Shown piece after piece: positions 1-9,178 of a stretch of DNA of 36,387 nucleotides. The position numbers and the translations under genes were made by a program. Source of the DNA: Bacillota bacterium (lineage in GTDB: Bacteria > Bacillota > Clostridia > Lachnospirales > Bianqueaceae); contig JAFUJY010000304.1 of NCBI GenBank assembly GCA_017467985.1, positions 1 to 36,387 of the forward strand. The letters are read 5' to 3'. The notes under the pieces were generated by a model, which saw only the letters and a program-made list of their open reading frames with translations, had not been told where the DNA came from and did not search any database. Every line of letters starts with the position of its first letter. Positions within the stretch are counted from its first letter, which is position 1.

Positions 1-1762
1 GGCTGCTCAGATCGCTTTCAACGACCGGAGCACCAACTTTAATATTTTTACCATAAGGAAAAGCAACCAGATCCTCCGCCGAAAGCCCTTCCAGAATCTC
101 GGTGTAGCTGCCCCACAGAGTCTTGCCGGTGACAACATACCGCTTTTCCAACAATCCATCCTCGCCCTGAACATACACATAGCTTCTGCCCTGTTCCGTC
201 CGCAGGAAGGGATTTTCCAGATATATACCATTTTGGCTGACACTGTCAGAATAAATCATGCTCACATAGCTGCCCGCCTGCAAGTCCGCACTTCCATCCA
301 CAAATACAGTAAAGGGATAATACGAAACATTGGGATTGCCCATACCGGAATAATATTCCTCCGTGCTGGGATAATCCCCAATAGCGGACACTGTACCGAT
401 ATAAACCATACCCGTATTCCAGTCATTGACCGTAACTTCCTGACCAATCACCAGATCCTCCCGATTCAGCTCGCTGATACTGCCCTCTACATAAAAACCG
501 CCGCCATCGGAAATCTTCAAAATGGGCTGCATAGTCATCTGGGCCTCTTCCTGGCTCAACACAGAAACCACTTCTCCATCGATTTGGGCATAGACCTTGC
601 CATCGCTAACCTCGGTCTGCATGATCTTATAATCAGCCTCTGCCATTTCCACCTGAAACTCCAGATCCTTGATCATTTTCTCCTGCTCACTGCGCATCTG
701 CGCAATCTGGGACGCAGTATAGCCGCTGCCATAATCGATCTCCGGAACCTCGGGCTCCTCAACTTCCACATCCGGCACCATATGATCCGGTACCGCTCCG
801 GCGTCAAAGAACTTAAAACTGTATATACCACTCTCCGGTTCGCGGATGATTTCCATTCCCTGCCATACCACGTTTTGTCCCAGAGACATATTGCTTTCAG
901 TCACCTTGATTACCACATAAAAGCGGTTCACTTCCAACTGTTCCGGTTCCTGAACAGGGGGTTCCTGGGAAGATTCTTCATCAGATGACTCTTCGGATGA
1001 TGATTCTTCCACGGAGGATTCTTCCGCCGACGACTCTTCTACTGACGACTCCTCCACCGATGATTCTTCCGCCGAGGACTCCTCACTCACCGTCTTAGGC
1101 TGAATTTGAGTGGACTCTTCTTTTACTGCATTTTCCAGATTATACTTTTGATATTCCTCTGCCTTAAGGCGAAGCACTTCCAACAACTCCAAATCCATCT
1201 GGGTATCACTATGCACCCAGCAGATCAGGGACAGTTCCGGAGTGCTGCCATCATACATTTTCTGAACAGAAAGCTGGTATTCGCCTGTCAACGGAATCCC
1301 CAAATTCACTTCCGGCGGGGTCTCCGGCTCCGTATATACCGGAATCACCATGGGCCTCATGCAATTGATTTCGTAGAGGCGATCCTCCGCATCCTCCAAC
1401 TGCAATTTTAATTTTTCTACTTTCAGCCGTTCCCTTTCCAGGGCCAGATCAGACAAAGTGGTATCCACCGTCATCAACACATCGCCTTTTTTCACCGTAT
1501 CACCCACGGAAACCAGAATCTCGGTCACCAACTGGGTCTCGGAAAGAAAAACAGTCTGAATTTTATCCGTGGTTACAGGGCCATAACTCTCCTGAGAATC
1601 ACCCCAGTACTCGGTCATACCAATATAATAGAAAGGATACACATTGACCGGCTCCACGCTCCGCTGGGTCATATAATACCAGGTGCCCAGACCGATGGAT
1701 GTGCACAGCACAATCACCACCAGGGAAATAATGATCCGTTTCCAAATACTTTTACGCTTCAT
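1..1762 (-). CDS. HlyD/membrane-fusion-family efflux adaptor-like protein, 3' end cut by window edge (absent from ORF track)
   Basis: Hand translation of the minus strand from ATG at 1762 stays open to position 2 (587 codons). It shows an N-terminal TM (MKRKSIWKRIIISLVVIVLCTSIGLGTWYY), a lipoyl-like hairpin (VSVGDTVKKGDVLMTVD), a coiled-coil and a beta-barrel segment (ISDGGGFYVEGSISELNREDLVIGQEVTV). The ATG overlaps the stop of the upstream ATPase gene by 11 nt. Confidence 0.75.
   Translation of the reverse strand, partial: MKRKSIWKRIIISLVVIVLCTSIGLGTWYYMTQRSVEPVNVYPFYYIGMTEYWGDSQESYGPVTTDKIQTVFLSETQLVTEILVSVGDTVKKGDVLMTVDTTLSDLALERERLKVEKLKLQLEDAEDRLYEINCMRPMVIPVYTEPETPPEVNLGIPLTGEYQLSVQKMYDGSTPELSLICWVHSDTQMDLELLEVLRLKAEEYQKYNLENAVKEESTQIQPKTVSEESSAEESSVEESSVEESSAEESSVEESSSEESSDEESSQEPPVQEPEQLEVNRFYVVIKVTESNMSLGQNVVWQGMEIIREPESGIYSFKFFDAGAVPDHMVPDVEVEEPEVPEIDYGSGYTASQIAQMRSEQEKMIKDLEFQVEMAEADYKIMQTEVSDGKVYAQIDGEVVSVLSQEEAQMTMQPILKISDGGGFYVEGSISELNREDLVIGQEVTVNDWNTGMVYIGTVSAIGDYPSTEEYYSGMGNPNVSYYPFTVFVDGSADLQAGSYVSMIYSDSVSQNGIYLENPFLRTEQGRSYVYVQGEDGLLEKRYVVTGKTLWGSYTEILEGLSAEDLVAFPYGKNIKVGAPVVESDLSS
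966..1088 (-). repeat. In-frame 15-nt tandem repeat (about 8 units) encoding an (E-E-S-S-x)n acidic/serine linker inside the adaptor-like CDS
   Basis: Minus strand reads GAAGAATCATCGGTG GAGGAGTCGTCAGTA GAAGAGTCGTCGGCG and so on, giving SEESSAEESSVEESSVEESSAEESSVEESSSEESSDEESS. Confidence 0.85.
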
Positions 1763-2456
1763 GATCATCATCTCCTTCCTGAACTGTATCCGTACGCAGT
1801 TCTCCATCCAGGATATGATAAATTTTATCTGCACAAGCGGCAATATTGGGCTCATGAGTAATCATAATAATGGTCATGCCCGCCTTATTCAAACTACGGA
1901 AGATGTCCATAATCTGATTCCCCGCCTTGGTATCCAGCGCACCGGTGGGCTCATCCGCCAGCAGCAGATCCGGATTGCCTGCGATGGCCCGGGCAATCGC
2001 CACTCGCTGACACTGTCCGCCGGAGAGCTGATTGGGCCGAAAATGCATTCTGTCTTCCAGCCCCACAGCCTTCAAGGCCTCTTCTGCCCGCTTTTTTCTC
2101 TGTTTCAAAGGCATGCCCGCATACAACAGCGGCAGCGCCACATTATCCAACGCGTCCATCTTGGGCAGCAAATGGAAATTCTGAAATACAAATCCAATAT
2201 GTTTATTACGAATGTCTGCAAGAGCATCGTCGGAAAGATTATCCAGATCCTTCCCATCCAGCTCATATTTGCCGGAGGTGGGTACGTCCAGACAGCCAAT
2301 CAGATTCATCAGCGTGGTTTTGCCTGAACCAGAGGGTCCCATAATCGCCAGATACTCGCCCTTTTCCACGGTCATGCTGATATTCTTCAGCACCCGCACC
2401 GGAACCTTACCCTGATAATACTCTTTGCAGATATCGGTCATTTTCAGGATCGACAA
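1752..2456 (-). CDS. ABC transporter ATP-binding protein, MacB/LolD-like
   Basis: Walker A GPSGSGKTT, signature LSGGQCQRVAIARA, Walker B LLLADEPTGALD. It abuts the upstream adaptor gene (stop at 2457, start at 2456). Confidence 0.93.
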   Translation of the reverse strand: MSILKMTDICKEYYQGKVPVRVLKNISMTVEKGEYLAIMGPSGSGKTTLMNLIGCLDVPTSGKYELDGKDLDNLSDDALADIRNKHIGFVFQNFHLLPKMDALDNVALPLLYAGMPLKQRKKRAEEALKAVGLEDRMHFRPNQLSGGQCQRVAIARAIAGNPDLLLADEPTGALDTKAGNQIMDIFRSLNKAGMTIIMITHEPNIAACADKIYHILDGELRTDTVQEGDDDHEA

Positions 2457-3614
2457 TTAGGCCACCTCACCTTCCGCGGCCGCCAAATTATGGGTGGTTG
2501 CCACACCTTCCTGACACAGTTCTCCATCTGGGAAAGCAATGTAGTCCTCTTCTGTCAGGCCGTCCAGAATCTCGTATGTATCCATGGCCATATTATACTC
2601 TCCCAAAAGCACCGTCCGCTTTTCCAGCTTATGGTCGTTTTCCGCCCACACGTAAGTACTGCCATCCTCATCATAGCATATGAAGGCGCTGCTGATGGAC
2701 ACACCGGTCGCTGCTTCTTCACCATTGTCCACTTCCATATACACATGCTGGCCCAGAATCAACCCTTCGGTGCTGTCCAATTCCACATAAAAGGGATACT
2801 TACTTGTGGAGGTCATTTCATCCACAACCTTACCATAATACATATCATAACCGTTGCCCTGGGAGGGATTCTCATAATCCACCAGTGTCACCGTCCCCAG
2901 CCAATACACACTCTCGTCCGTCCGAGAAACAATCTTCATGCGGGTGCCTTCCATAATGCCGCCACGCTGCAGCTCGCCAATGGTTCCCTGGATACGATAG
3001 GACCCAGCCTGCTGAATCACGATATACGCCAGAGGATTACCATAGTTGTCCGTTCCATTCTCATTTATGGACTGAATCCGCCCTGTTACCGGAGAATACA
3101 CAACCGCATTCTCCATAATGGACTCAGACTGGGCTACTGCATCCTCCTTGGCTGAAATATTCAGTTCTGCTTCTTTTAGTTCCACCTGCAGAGTCTGGAT
3201 CTGAATGGTATATTCCAGCTTGTCGTCGGAATCTGCATCCTCCCGATCCTCTTCCAAGTCCGCAATCTGCTCCTTATAGTTTTCAATCATAGCCCGCAGC
3301 TGATCAAGCTCCAACCGCTGTTTATCCAGCGTAAGCTGCAGCTGCTCCGTATCATAGGAAAACAGTTCCTGGCCCTCTGTCACATCATCACCGGCCTTCA
3401 CCAGCAACTCTCCCACAACCTTATCCACATCTTTGTGGACTTCTGCCACGTTTTCTGATACGACCATACCTGCGAAGCGATCTCCGGGTGCAATGCCGCC
3501 CAAATCCATCAGATCCGCCACGGACTGTACATACACCATACTTTCATCACTGCTGCATCCCGTCAGATTCAGCAGCAGGCATACCGCCAACACCAGTGCA
3601 AAAAACTTTTTCAT
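2457..3614 (-). CDS. Efflux adaptor (HlyD/MFP family) lipoprotein
   Basis: The track ORF runs to 3674, but MKKFFALVLAVCLLLNLTGCSS (lipobox LTGC) starts at 3614 behind AAGGGGGAA. It has coiled-coil repeats (LQLTLDKQRLELDQLRAMIENYKEQIADLEE) and a beta-barrel C-terminus. Confidence 0.85.
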   Translation of the reverse strand: MKKFFALVLAVCLLLNLTGCSSDESMVYVQSVADLMDLGGIAPGDRFAGMVVSENVAEVHKDVDKVVGELLVKAGDDVTEGQELFSYDTEQLQLTLDKQRLELDQLRAMIENYKEQIADLEEDREDADSDDKLEYTIQIQTLQVELKEAELNISAKEDAVAQSESIMENAVVYSPVTGRIQSINENGTDNYGNPLAYIVIQQAGSYRIQGTIGELQRGGIMEGTRMKIVSRTDESVYWLGTVTLVDYENPSQGNGYDMYYGKVVDEMTSTSKYPFYVELDSTEGLILGQHVYMEVDNGEEAATGVSISSAFICYDEDGSTYVWAENDHKLEKRTVLLGEYNMAMDTYEILDGLTEEDYIAFPDGELCQEGVATTHNLAAAEGEVA

Positions 3615-3782
3615 TTTCGTATTCCCCCTTCTAGCCCGGCAACACAAATTTAAACATATCCAGGCTTCTAACAATACAGTACGATTTCACGCGTCTGCGT
3701 TGCATCGTTTTAAAATTTTTCCCGTCCCCCTGTCCAGGATACTCTTATTGTAGTCTTTTTTCAGAAAAAATCAAGGGGATTC

Positions 3783-3811
3783 TTCACATGCAGCAAGATT
3801 TGTGCTATAAT
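3783..3811 (+). promoter_or_regulatory. Sigma-A type promoter for the patatin-like gene
   Basis: TTCACA (3783-3788), 17 nt spacer, TGcTATAAT (extended -10, TATAAT at 3806-3811). The RBS GAAAGGAGG precedes the ATG at 3844. Confidence 0.55.
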
Positions 3812-3843
3812 TATAGTATCTATCGAAAGGAGGATTTACTATC

Positions 3844-4752
3844 ATGAAAACTCATCCTCTTGGTCTTGTACTTTCCGGCGGCGGCGGCAAAGGTGCCTAT
3901 CAGATCGGTGCCTGGCGCGCCCTCATTGAAACGGGCTGGGACAGCCGTATTACTGCCGTTTCCGGCGCCTCTGTGGGCGCTTTGAATGCGGCTCTTATGG
4001 GCTGTACCGATTATGCCCAGGCTGAGCAGCTTTGGAAAAATATTACGCCTTTACAGTTTCTGGATATTGATCTTCCCCTGGAAGGAGACGGTATTTTTTC
4101 CCGAGAAGGACTGATTCAGCTGATCCGCGGCCATCTGGACCTGACCAAAATGGCCGCCTCTCCCCGGCGGATCTTTGCCAACACCACCCAGATTGACGGT
4201 GAAAATGACTACTGGGCCCGTTATTTTGAGCTGAATCATCAGTCCCCCGACCGCATACTCAAGATTTTGCTGGCATCCTCTGCTATCCCCGTGGCTTACC
4301 CTTCTGTCAATATTGACGGTACGCCCCACATGGACGGCGGTGTCATGGATAACCTGCCCGTCAAGCCCCTGTACGATATTGGCCTGCGCCACATGGTGGT
4401 GATTAATATTACTTCCGACGATGATCTGCTGATTCCCGCGGTATACCCGGGGACGGAGTTCGTGGAGGTGCGTCCCAGCCAGGATATCGGTCATCTTTTT
4501 GACGGTACGCTGGACTTCACCGCCCGGGGCGCCCGTTTTCGTATGGAGCTGGGTTATCGGAATACTCTGCGGACACTGCGGGCCTACGAATCCGGCCAGC
4601 TAGGCAAACCGGAGTATATGCGTAAGGCTGCCATCGACGCCCGTGCCGATTATGAGCAGATCCGTGTGGAGATGCTGCACGAGAACCTGAACAGCAATGT
4701 GAACCGGCACATGGACCAGTTTGATGCGATATTGAAGAAATATAATATATAA
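3844..4752 (+). CDS. Patatin-like phospholipase family protein
   Basis: Oxyanion motif LSGGGGKGAYQIG, nucleophile elbow GASVGALNA (GxSxG), catalytic Asp motif MDGGVMDNLP. Confidence 0.9.
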   Translation: MKTHPLGLVLSGGGGKGAYQIGAWRALIETGWDSRITAVSGASVGALNAALMGCTDYAQAEQLWKNITPLQFLDIDLPLEGDGIFSREGLIQLIRGHLDLTKMAASPRRIFANTTQIDGENDYWARYFELNHQSPDRILKILLASSAIPVAYPSVNIDGTPHMDGGVMDNLPVKPLYDIGLRHMVVINITSDDDLLIPAVYPGTEFVEVRPSQDIGHLFDGTLDFTARGARFRMELGYRNTLRTLRAYESGQLGKPEYMRKAAIDARADYEQIRVEMLHENLNSNVNRHMDQFDAILKKYNI

Positions 4753-4755
4753 TGT

Positions 4756-4797
4756 AAAAAGAGGAGACTGTAAATCACAATCTCCTCTTTCTTTTAG
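4756..4797. terminator. Bidirectional intrinsic terminator between convergent patatin and AAA ATPase genes
   Basis: A 10-bp stem AAAGAGGAGA (4758-4767) / TCTCCTCTTT (4781-4790) with a 13-nt loop. It has an A-run upstream and a T-rich tract downstream. Confidence 0.65.
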
Positions 4798-6017
4798 ATC
4801 ATCCAAATCGGCACAATGTAGTTATCCCGATCAATGGCCCCTAAGTCAGGTTTCATACAGATTATAGCTCCCTTGGAACGTGGCGTAGATGATTTGTCCA
4901 GCAGTTGAAATACTTTTATCAGTTCTGTCCCCGGATTCGACGTTTTCTTAATCTCAATTGGATTCAAGACTCCATCATGTTCCAGGACAATATCAATTTC
5001 CTTTGCATCTTTATCCCGATAATAATATATATACGGTTCTTTTCCACAGTTCAAATAAGTCTTTACAATTTCAGAAACCACATAGTTTTCTAAAACTGCA
5101 CCGTTCATCGCACCACTTTCCAAAGTCTGCGCACTACTCCATTTCGTCAAATAACAAACCAAACCGGTATCGTAAAAATATACTTTTGGTGTTTTCACAA
5201 GTCTCTTCAGCAAGTTGTTAGAATATGGATGGAGATAGAAAATAATCCCCAATGTCTCCAAAATTCCCAACCAATTCTTCACCTGAACCTGGCTGATATC
5301 AGCATCTCTTGCAATATCCGCTGCATTCAGCATCTGCCCGCATCTTGCAGCAACCGCCGTGATAAAATGCAAAAACTTCAACGAATCAATTGCATCAGAT
5401 AACTCTCTCACATCTCTCTCAATGTATGTGCTCAAATAACTGTTATAAAAAATCTGACTATTACTATTGACTCCACTTACAATTGCAGGCATCGATCCTT
5501 TGTAAATACGATTAAAAATCTCCCCTATATCCGCTTCTTTACGCCCCGCTTTTCTTAAAGATAATTTCTCCAAATCCACAGCAAAGGGTTCTGCGGCTCC
5601 GCCGTTAATCTCAGTTTGAGACAATGACGTCAAGGAGAGCAGCGCTACTCTACCCGCTAACGACTCCTGTACCCCTCTCATTAACTTAAAAACCTGTGAA
5701 CCAGTTAACCAAAATGCCCCCGCTTCATGGTATTTATCCACATATACCTTAATATAAGTAAATAACTCCGGCGCATATTGTACTTCATCTATTAAAATCG
5801 GCGGCTTATGCAGCTGCAAGAATAATTCCGGATCCTTCTTGGCAAGAGCTCTTTCATTTAAGTCATCCAGTGTCACATAGCTTCGATTTGTACCCTCCAT
5901 GAGCTTCTGAAGCATCGTTGTCTTTCCAACCTGTCTGGAACCAGTAACAAGAACCACCGGATATTCTTTTGTAACCTGACTTACCACATCTTCAAGGCTT
6001 CTCTTAATATAATTCAT
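4794..6017 (-). CDS. AAA-superfamily ATPase with C-terminal DUF4143-like region
   Basis: Walker A VLVTGSRQVGKTT and Walker B-like PILIDEVQ. I place the start at MNYIKR (6017), 5 nt behind GGAGG, rather than at the track start 6029. Confidence 0.8.
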   Translation of the reverse strand: MNYIKRSLEDVVSQVTKEYPVVLVTGSRQVGKTTMLQKLMEGTNRSYVTLDDLNERALAKKDPELFLQLHKPPILIDEVQYAPELFTYIKVYVDKYHEAGAFWLTGSQVFKLMRGVQESLAGRVALLSLTSLSQTEINGGAAEPFAVDLEKLSLRKAGRKEADIGEIFNRIYKGSMPAIVSGVNSNSQIFYNSYLSTYIERDVRELSDAIDSLKFLHFITAVAARCGQMLNAADIARDADISQVQVKNWLGILETLGIIFYLHPYSNNLLKRLVKTPKVYFYDTGLVCYLTKWSSAQTLESGAMNGAVLENYVVSEIVKTYLNCGKEPYIYYYRDKDAKEIDIVLEHDGVLNPIEIKKTSNPGTELIKVFQLLDKSSTPRSKGAIICMKPDLGAIDRDNYIVPIWMI

Positions 6018-6092
6018 AGCACCCTCCACTTTTCGCCAGTATATATTGATTCCAATGATATTATAACCGATTACAGCATAAAAATCAATCTA

Positions 6093-6135
6093 TTTTTCGG
6101 CTAAAATGTGTTCAGACAACATTTTAGCCGAAAAA
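6093..6135. repeat. 17-bp perfect inverted repeat (AT-rich palindrome) upstream of the AAA ATPase gene
   Basis: TTTTTCGGCTAAAATGT (6093-6109) / ACATTTTAGCCGAAAAA (6119-6135), with a 9-nt spacer. Confidence 0.8.
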
Positions 6136-6142
6136 TCCACAT

Positions 6143-6170
6143 AAAAAAGAGGCTGCTCGCCTCTTTTTAT
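6143..6170 (-). terminator. Intrinsic terminator of the Nudix-ArsC gene
   Basis: Minus strand reads TAAAAAGAGGC-GAGCA-GCCTCTTTTTT. The 6-bp GC-rich stem starts right after the stop codon (6167-6169) and is followed by a T6 run. Confidence 0.7.
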
Positions 6171-6886
6171 TTTTGAAACGTATATACATCCTTCCCCACC
6201 AGCACCCGATCCTTCAATACCAGAATCGGACGCTTGACCAGCATGCCATCGGAAGCCAACAACTGCAGCTGTTCGTCTTCGGACATGGTGGGGAGCTTGT
6301 CCTTCAGTGCCAGGGATTTATATAATAACCCACTGGTATTAAAGAACTTTTTCAGCGGCAGACCGCTGAGCTGCTGCCACGCTTTCAACTCTTCATAAGA
6401 AGGATTCGCTTCTTTGATGTGGCGGGACACATGGGCAATTCCCTGCTCATCCAGCCACTTTTTCGCCTTCTGGCATGTGCTGCAGGGCGGGTACTGGACA
6501 AATACTGCCAGTTCCTGCAGCTTTTGCAAGATTACTTCATCGGCGGGACAAAAATCGTACTCAGATACTTCAGCCGGACTCAGCCAGCGAATATCGTTGT
6601 GCTCCAGCATCTGGGGTTCCCCATCGGCGATGCAGGCGTTAAATAATGTCAGATGAACAGTCATATCCGGATATTCGTGGGTGACTTCCATGAAAACAGT
6701 GTCCGGAGCCACAGTTATCGCCAGTTCTTCCCGGCACTCCCGGATCAAAGCCTGTTCTTTGCTCTCACCTGGCTCCACCTTACCACCCACAAACTCCCAC
6801 AAAAGCCCTCGTGCCTTGTGGGCAGGACGCTGGCAGGCCAGGAACTTGCCTTCTTTCCAAATCAATGCTGCAACAACTTCAGTCAT
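6167..6886 (-). CDS. Fusion protein: N-terminal Nudix (MutT-like) hydrolase plus C-terminal ArsC/Spx-family (YffB-like) thioredoxin-fold domain
   Basis: Nudix box GGKVEPGESKEQALIRECREELAI. The C-terminal half carries CSTCQKAKKWLDEQGI ... LVKRPILV, typical of the ArsC/Spx family. Confidence 0.8.
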   Translation of the reverse strand: MTEVVAALIWKEGKFLACQRPAHKARGLLWEFVGGKVEPGESKEQALIRECREELAITVAPDTVFMEVTHEYPDMTVHLTLFNACIADGEPQMLEHNDIRWLSPAEVSEYDFCPADEVILQKLQELAVFVQYPPCSTCQKAKKWLDEQGIAHVSRHIKEANPSYEELKAWQQLSGLPLKKFFNTSGLLYKSLALKDKLPTMSEDEQLQLLASDGMLVKRPILVLKDRVLVGKDVYTFQK

Positions 6887-6913
6887 AGGGACATCTCTCC
6901 TCTCTTTTGTCTG

Positions 6914-6942
6914 ATTGTATCATGAAGTGTCCTTTGACGCAA
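6914..6942 (-). promoter_or_regulatory. Candidate sigma-A promoter for the Nudix-ArsC gene
   Basis: Minus strand reads TTGCGT (6942-6937), 17 nt spacer, TGaTACAAT (TACAAT at 6919-6914). Confidence 0.45.
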
Positions 6943-6950
6943 GCCTCTTT

Positions 6951-8246
6951 TTAGTCGTCGTACTCCACCAGCATGACTTCGTCGCAGTGCCAGCCGCCGG
7001 TGTGGGCACAATACGTCCCCTCATGCCAGTAAACCGGCAGATTATCCTGGGCATACATGGGTACGACCGGCCGCCAGATCTTAACATCCTTCTCCCCGGC
7101 AATCTTTTTTATTGTATGCTCCAACTGATAGGTCCGTCCCTTATCCAGGGACTGATAGCTCTCCAGCACCCGGTCCACGCCATCAAATCGGGCAATAAAG
7201 ATCCGATTGGTGGTGGCAGTATCCACCTGGAAGGTTAACCCAGCTTCGCCCACGCCATAATAATAGGCCATGCCGCCCACATAGGTCTGGGAACCGTCGA
7301 TCTGTGTGGCCGGGGACAAGAACTCGCCGCCCATGGCAATGGGTGCAGACAGCTGCCATACTCCGTCCCGATAAGTAGCACTATGGTACACAATGGTTTC
7401 CGGCTGATTTAACACAAAAGGCGTCAGACCCACCCGGTAAGGCAGGGTGGGAGATACTGCCAACAGACGCACTGTAGTCCCTTCCGGAGAATCATAGACG
7501 ATTGCCAAGTCTTCCAATTTTATCTGGTCACCCTCGTACAGATTGATTCCGGTCTTTTCCCCTTCCATGGTCAGCAAGTTGCCAGCGCAGTCAAAAATAC
7601 CGCTGCGGATGGTGTGGTCTTTGGAAATTCTGGGATGTCCGTACAAGGCAAAGAACCACTGTTCCCGTACACCCTTGGGTGTGGAAACCAACTGACGATG
7701 CACATCAAAATAAAACAATCCGCCGGCATCGGATACCAAAAACGTGGTCGGCTCACTCCAACTCGTTCCTTCATCCTTGGAATATCTGAACTCCCAGGTC
7801 ACGCTGTTCACCCGGCAAAACAGCCACAATTCTCCCCTGCTCACATTTTCTGATAGCTGGGCATAGGTTACGCTGCTGGAATATTCCAGCTTCTGCTCCG
7901 GTCCAAAGGAAAAAATATCATAGGGGCGCTGGGTCACTCGATAGGTCAGGGCATAATTTTCCGCATGCCCGGTGTAGGCCACAATAATGTGTCCACTCTC
8001 CATAATACAGATGGACGGTGAATTATGTTCATCCGAATAATTACAATTGAGTCGGCACAAACACACATCCCGGCTAGGTTCCCGGCTGCATTTAGCATCC
8101 AGCTCCTTCACATGGATTTCTCCCATGTCTGTGTAATAGGCAATGTAGGTCTTGCCGTTGGCACCCACCATGGCCTGCTCATGAATCCACCAGTCCGTAT
8201 TGGCCCGCTTAATGCGAAGTTCCCTTGCGTTATCTAAATTAATCAT
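6951..8246 (-). CDS. BNR/Asp-box repeat (BNR_4-like beta-propeller) protein, probably carbohydrate-active
   Basis: Asp-box SKDEGTSW and an HNSPSICIMESGHIIVAYTGH segment. No signal peptide is visible. The family assignment is by eye only. Confidence 0.5.
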   Translation of the reverse strand: MINLDNARELRIKRANTDWWIHEQAMVGANGKTYIAYYTDMGEIHVKELDAKCSREPSRDVCLCRLNCNYSDEHNSPSICIMESGHIIVAYTGHAENYALTYRVTQRPYDIFSFGPEQKLEYSSSVTYAQLSENVSRGELWLFCRVNSVTWEFRYSKDEGTSWSEPTTFLVSDAGGLFYFDVHRQLVSTPKGVREQWFFALYGHPRISKDHTIRSGIFDCAGNLLTMEGEKTGINLYEGDQIKLEDLAIVYDSPEGTTVRLLAVSPTLPYRVGLTPFVLNQPETIVYHSATYRDGVWQLSAPIAMGGEFLSPATQIDGSQTYVGGMAYYYGVGEAGLTFQVDTATTNRIFIARFDGVDRVLESYQSLDKGRTYQLEHTIKKIAGEKDVKIWRPVVPMYAQDNLPVYWHEGTYCAHTGGWHCDEVMLVEYDD

Positions 8247-8374
8247 TTAATTTACTCCTCCTGCATTTTTCTTAAATATACCACCTTCTATTTCCCATGC
8301 CAACCGAATAAATAGTCAAAAAGGGTTGATTTTCGAAACAAATATATATATGATATATTCATGGAGGTGTTCTT

Positions 8375-9157
8375 ATGTTTTACCAAAATCCTTATCAGTT
8401 ATTGGGTGTATATCATGTACACCGCAGTCCGGGCCATGCCACCGCCGCCAACCGCTCTCACACCGCTTTGGCTTTTATTCTTAGGGGTGAAAGTACCTAT
8501 CAATACAATCATAAAACCATGATTGCCCATGCCGGAGACTTGGTCTATGTGCCCGCCGGTCTGGATTATCATCAGCAATATTCTAATGAAGAACTGATCA
8601 TCATCCATCTGCGTGGTTTTACTCCGCCGGAATCAGACATTTGTATTGAGCATAACCTTCTCGAACTGACACCTCTTTTTCAAAACCTTTGCCACCAATG
8701 GGAATCGGGTGCTTTAGCCTATCATAATCGCTGCACAGCCCTTCTGTATACAATTTTTGAGCACTTGGAGAAACTTCACTCCACGGTGACCCCTATTCCC
8801 CCCGTTCTGGAGCCGGGAATGATCCTGCTGCAGCAAAACTTCCGTGATCCTTCCTTGACCATCCCCCAACTGGCCCAGCAGTGCCACATCAGTGAAGTCT
8901 ATTTTCGCCGCCTGTATCTGAAGCATTTTGGTAAAACACCTCACCAGGCCCTTTTAGAGATGCGTTTTGACTATGCCTGCAGCCTTCTGCGCTCCGGCTA
9001 TTATGAAATCAAACAAATCGCTGAGCTGGCAGGGTTTGCGGATGTAAAATATTTTCGCACCGCTTTTAAGAAACATTTTGGCATGACGCCGACTCAGTAT
9101 CTCTTGACAAATTCCATTCACGATGGTAGTATTTATGTACCAAATGGCTCTGAATAA
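8375..9157 (+). CDS. AraC-family transcriptional regulator (cupin sensor plus double HTH)
   Basis: The C-terminus (IPQLAQQCHISEVYFRRLYLKHFGKTP ... IAELAGFADVKYFRTAFKKHFGMTPTQY) is a classic AraC HTH pair. The RBS is GGAGGTG. Confidence 0.9.
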   Translation: MFYQNPYQLLGVYHVHRSPGHATAANRSHTALAFILRGESTYQYNHKTMIAHAGDLVYVPAGLDYHQQYSNEELIIIHLRGFTPPESDICIEHNLLELTPLFQNLCHQWESGALAYHNRCTALLYTIFEHLEKLHSTVTPIPPVLEPGMILLQQNFRDPSLTIPQLAQQCHISEVYFRRLYLKHFGKTPHQALLEMRFDYACSLLRSGYYEIKQIAELAGFADVKYFRTAFKKHFGMTPTQYLLTNSIHDGSIYVPNGSE

Positions 9158-9178
9158 TAACTCCACGGAGGTATAATT

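Noticed and set aside
233-988. Long + strand ORF (251 aa), and similar long ORFs antisense to real genes: 9239-10174 (-), 14548-15468 (+), 19926-21050 (+), 22284-23288 (-) and 35385-36269 (+).
   Set aside because: Each lies entirely opposite a gene with clear family motifs and an RBS. Their translations are low-complexity (H/L/I/R/Q-rich) with no motifs. They are typical shadow ORFs of coding strands.
3844-6029. Patatin-like lipase plus adjacent AAA ATPase as a possible two-gene defence module.
   Set aside because: The genes are convergent and separated by a bidirectional terminator, so they are not an operon. No nuclease, cyclase or other defence-associated partner, and no mobile-element hallmark, is nearby.
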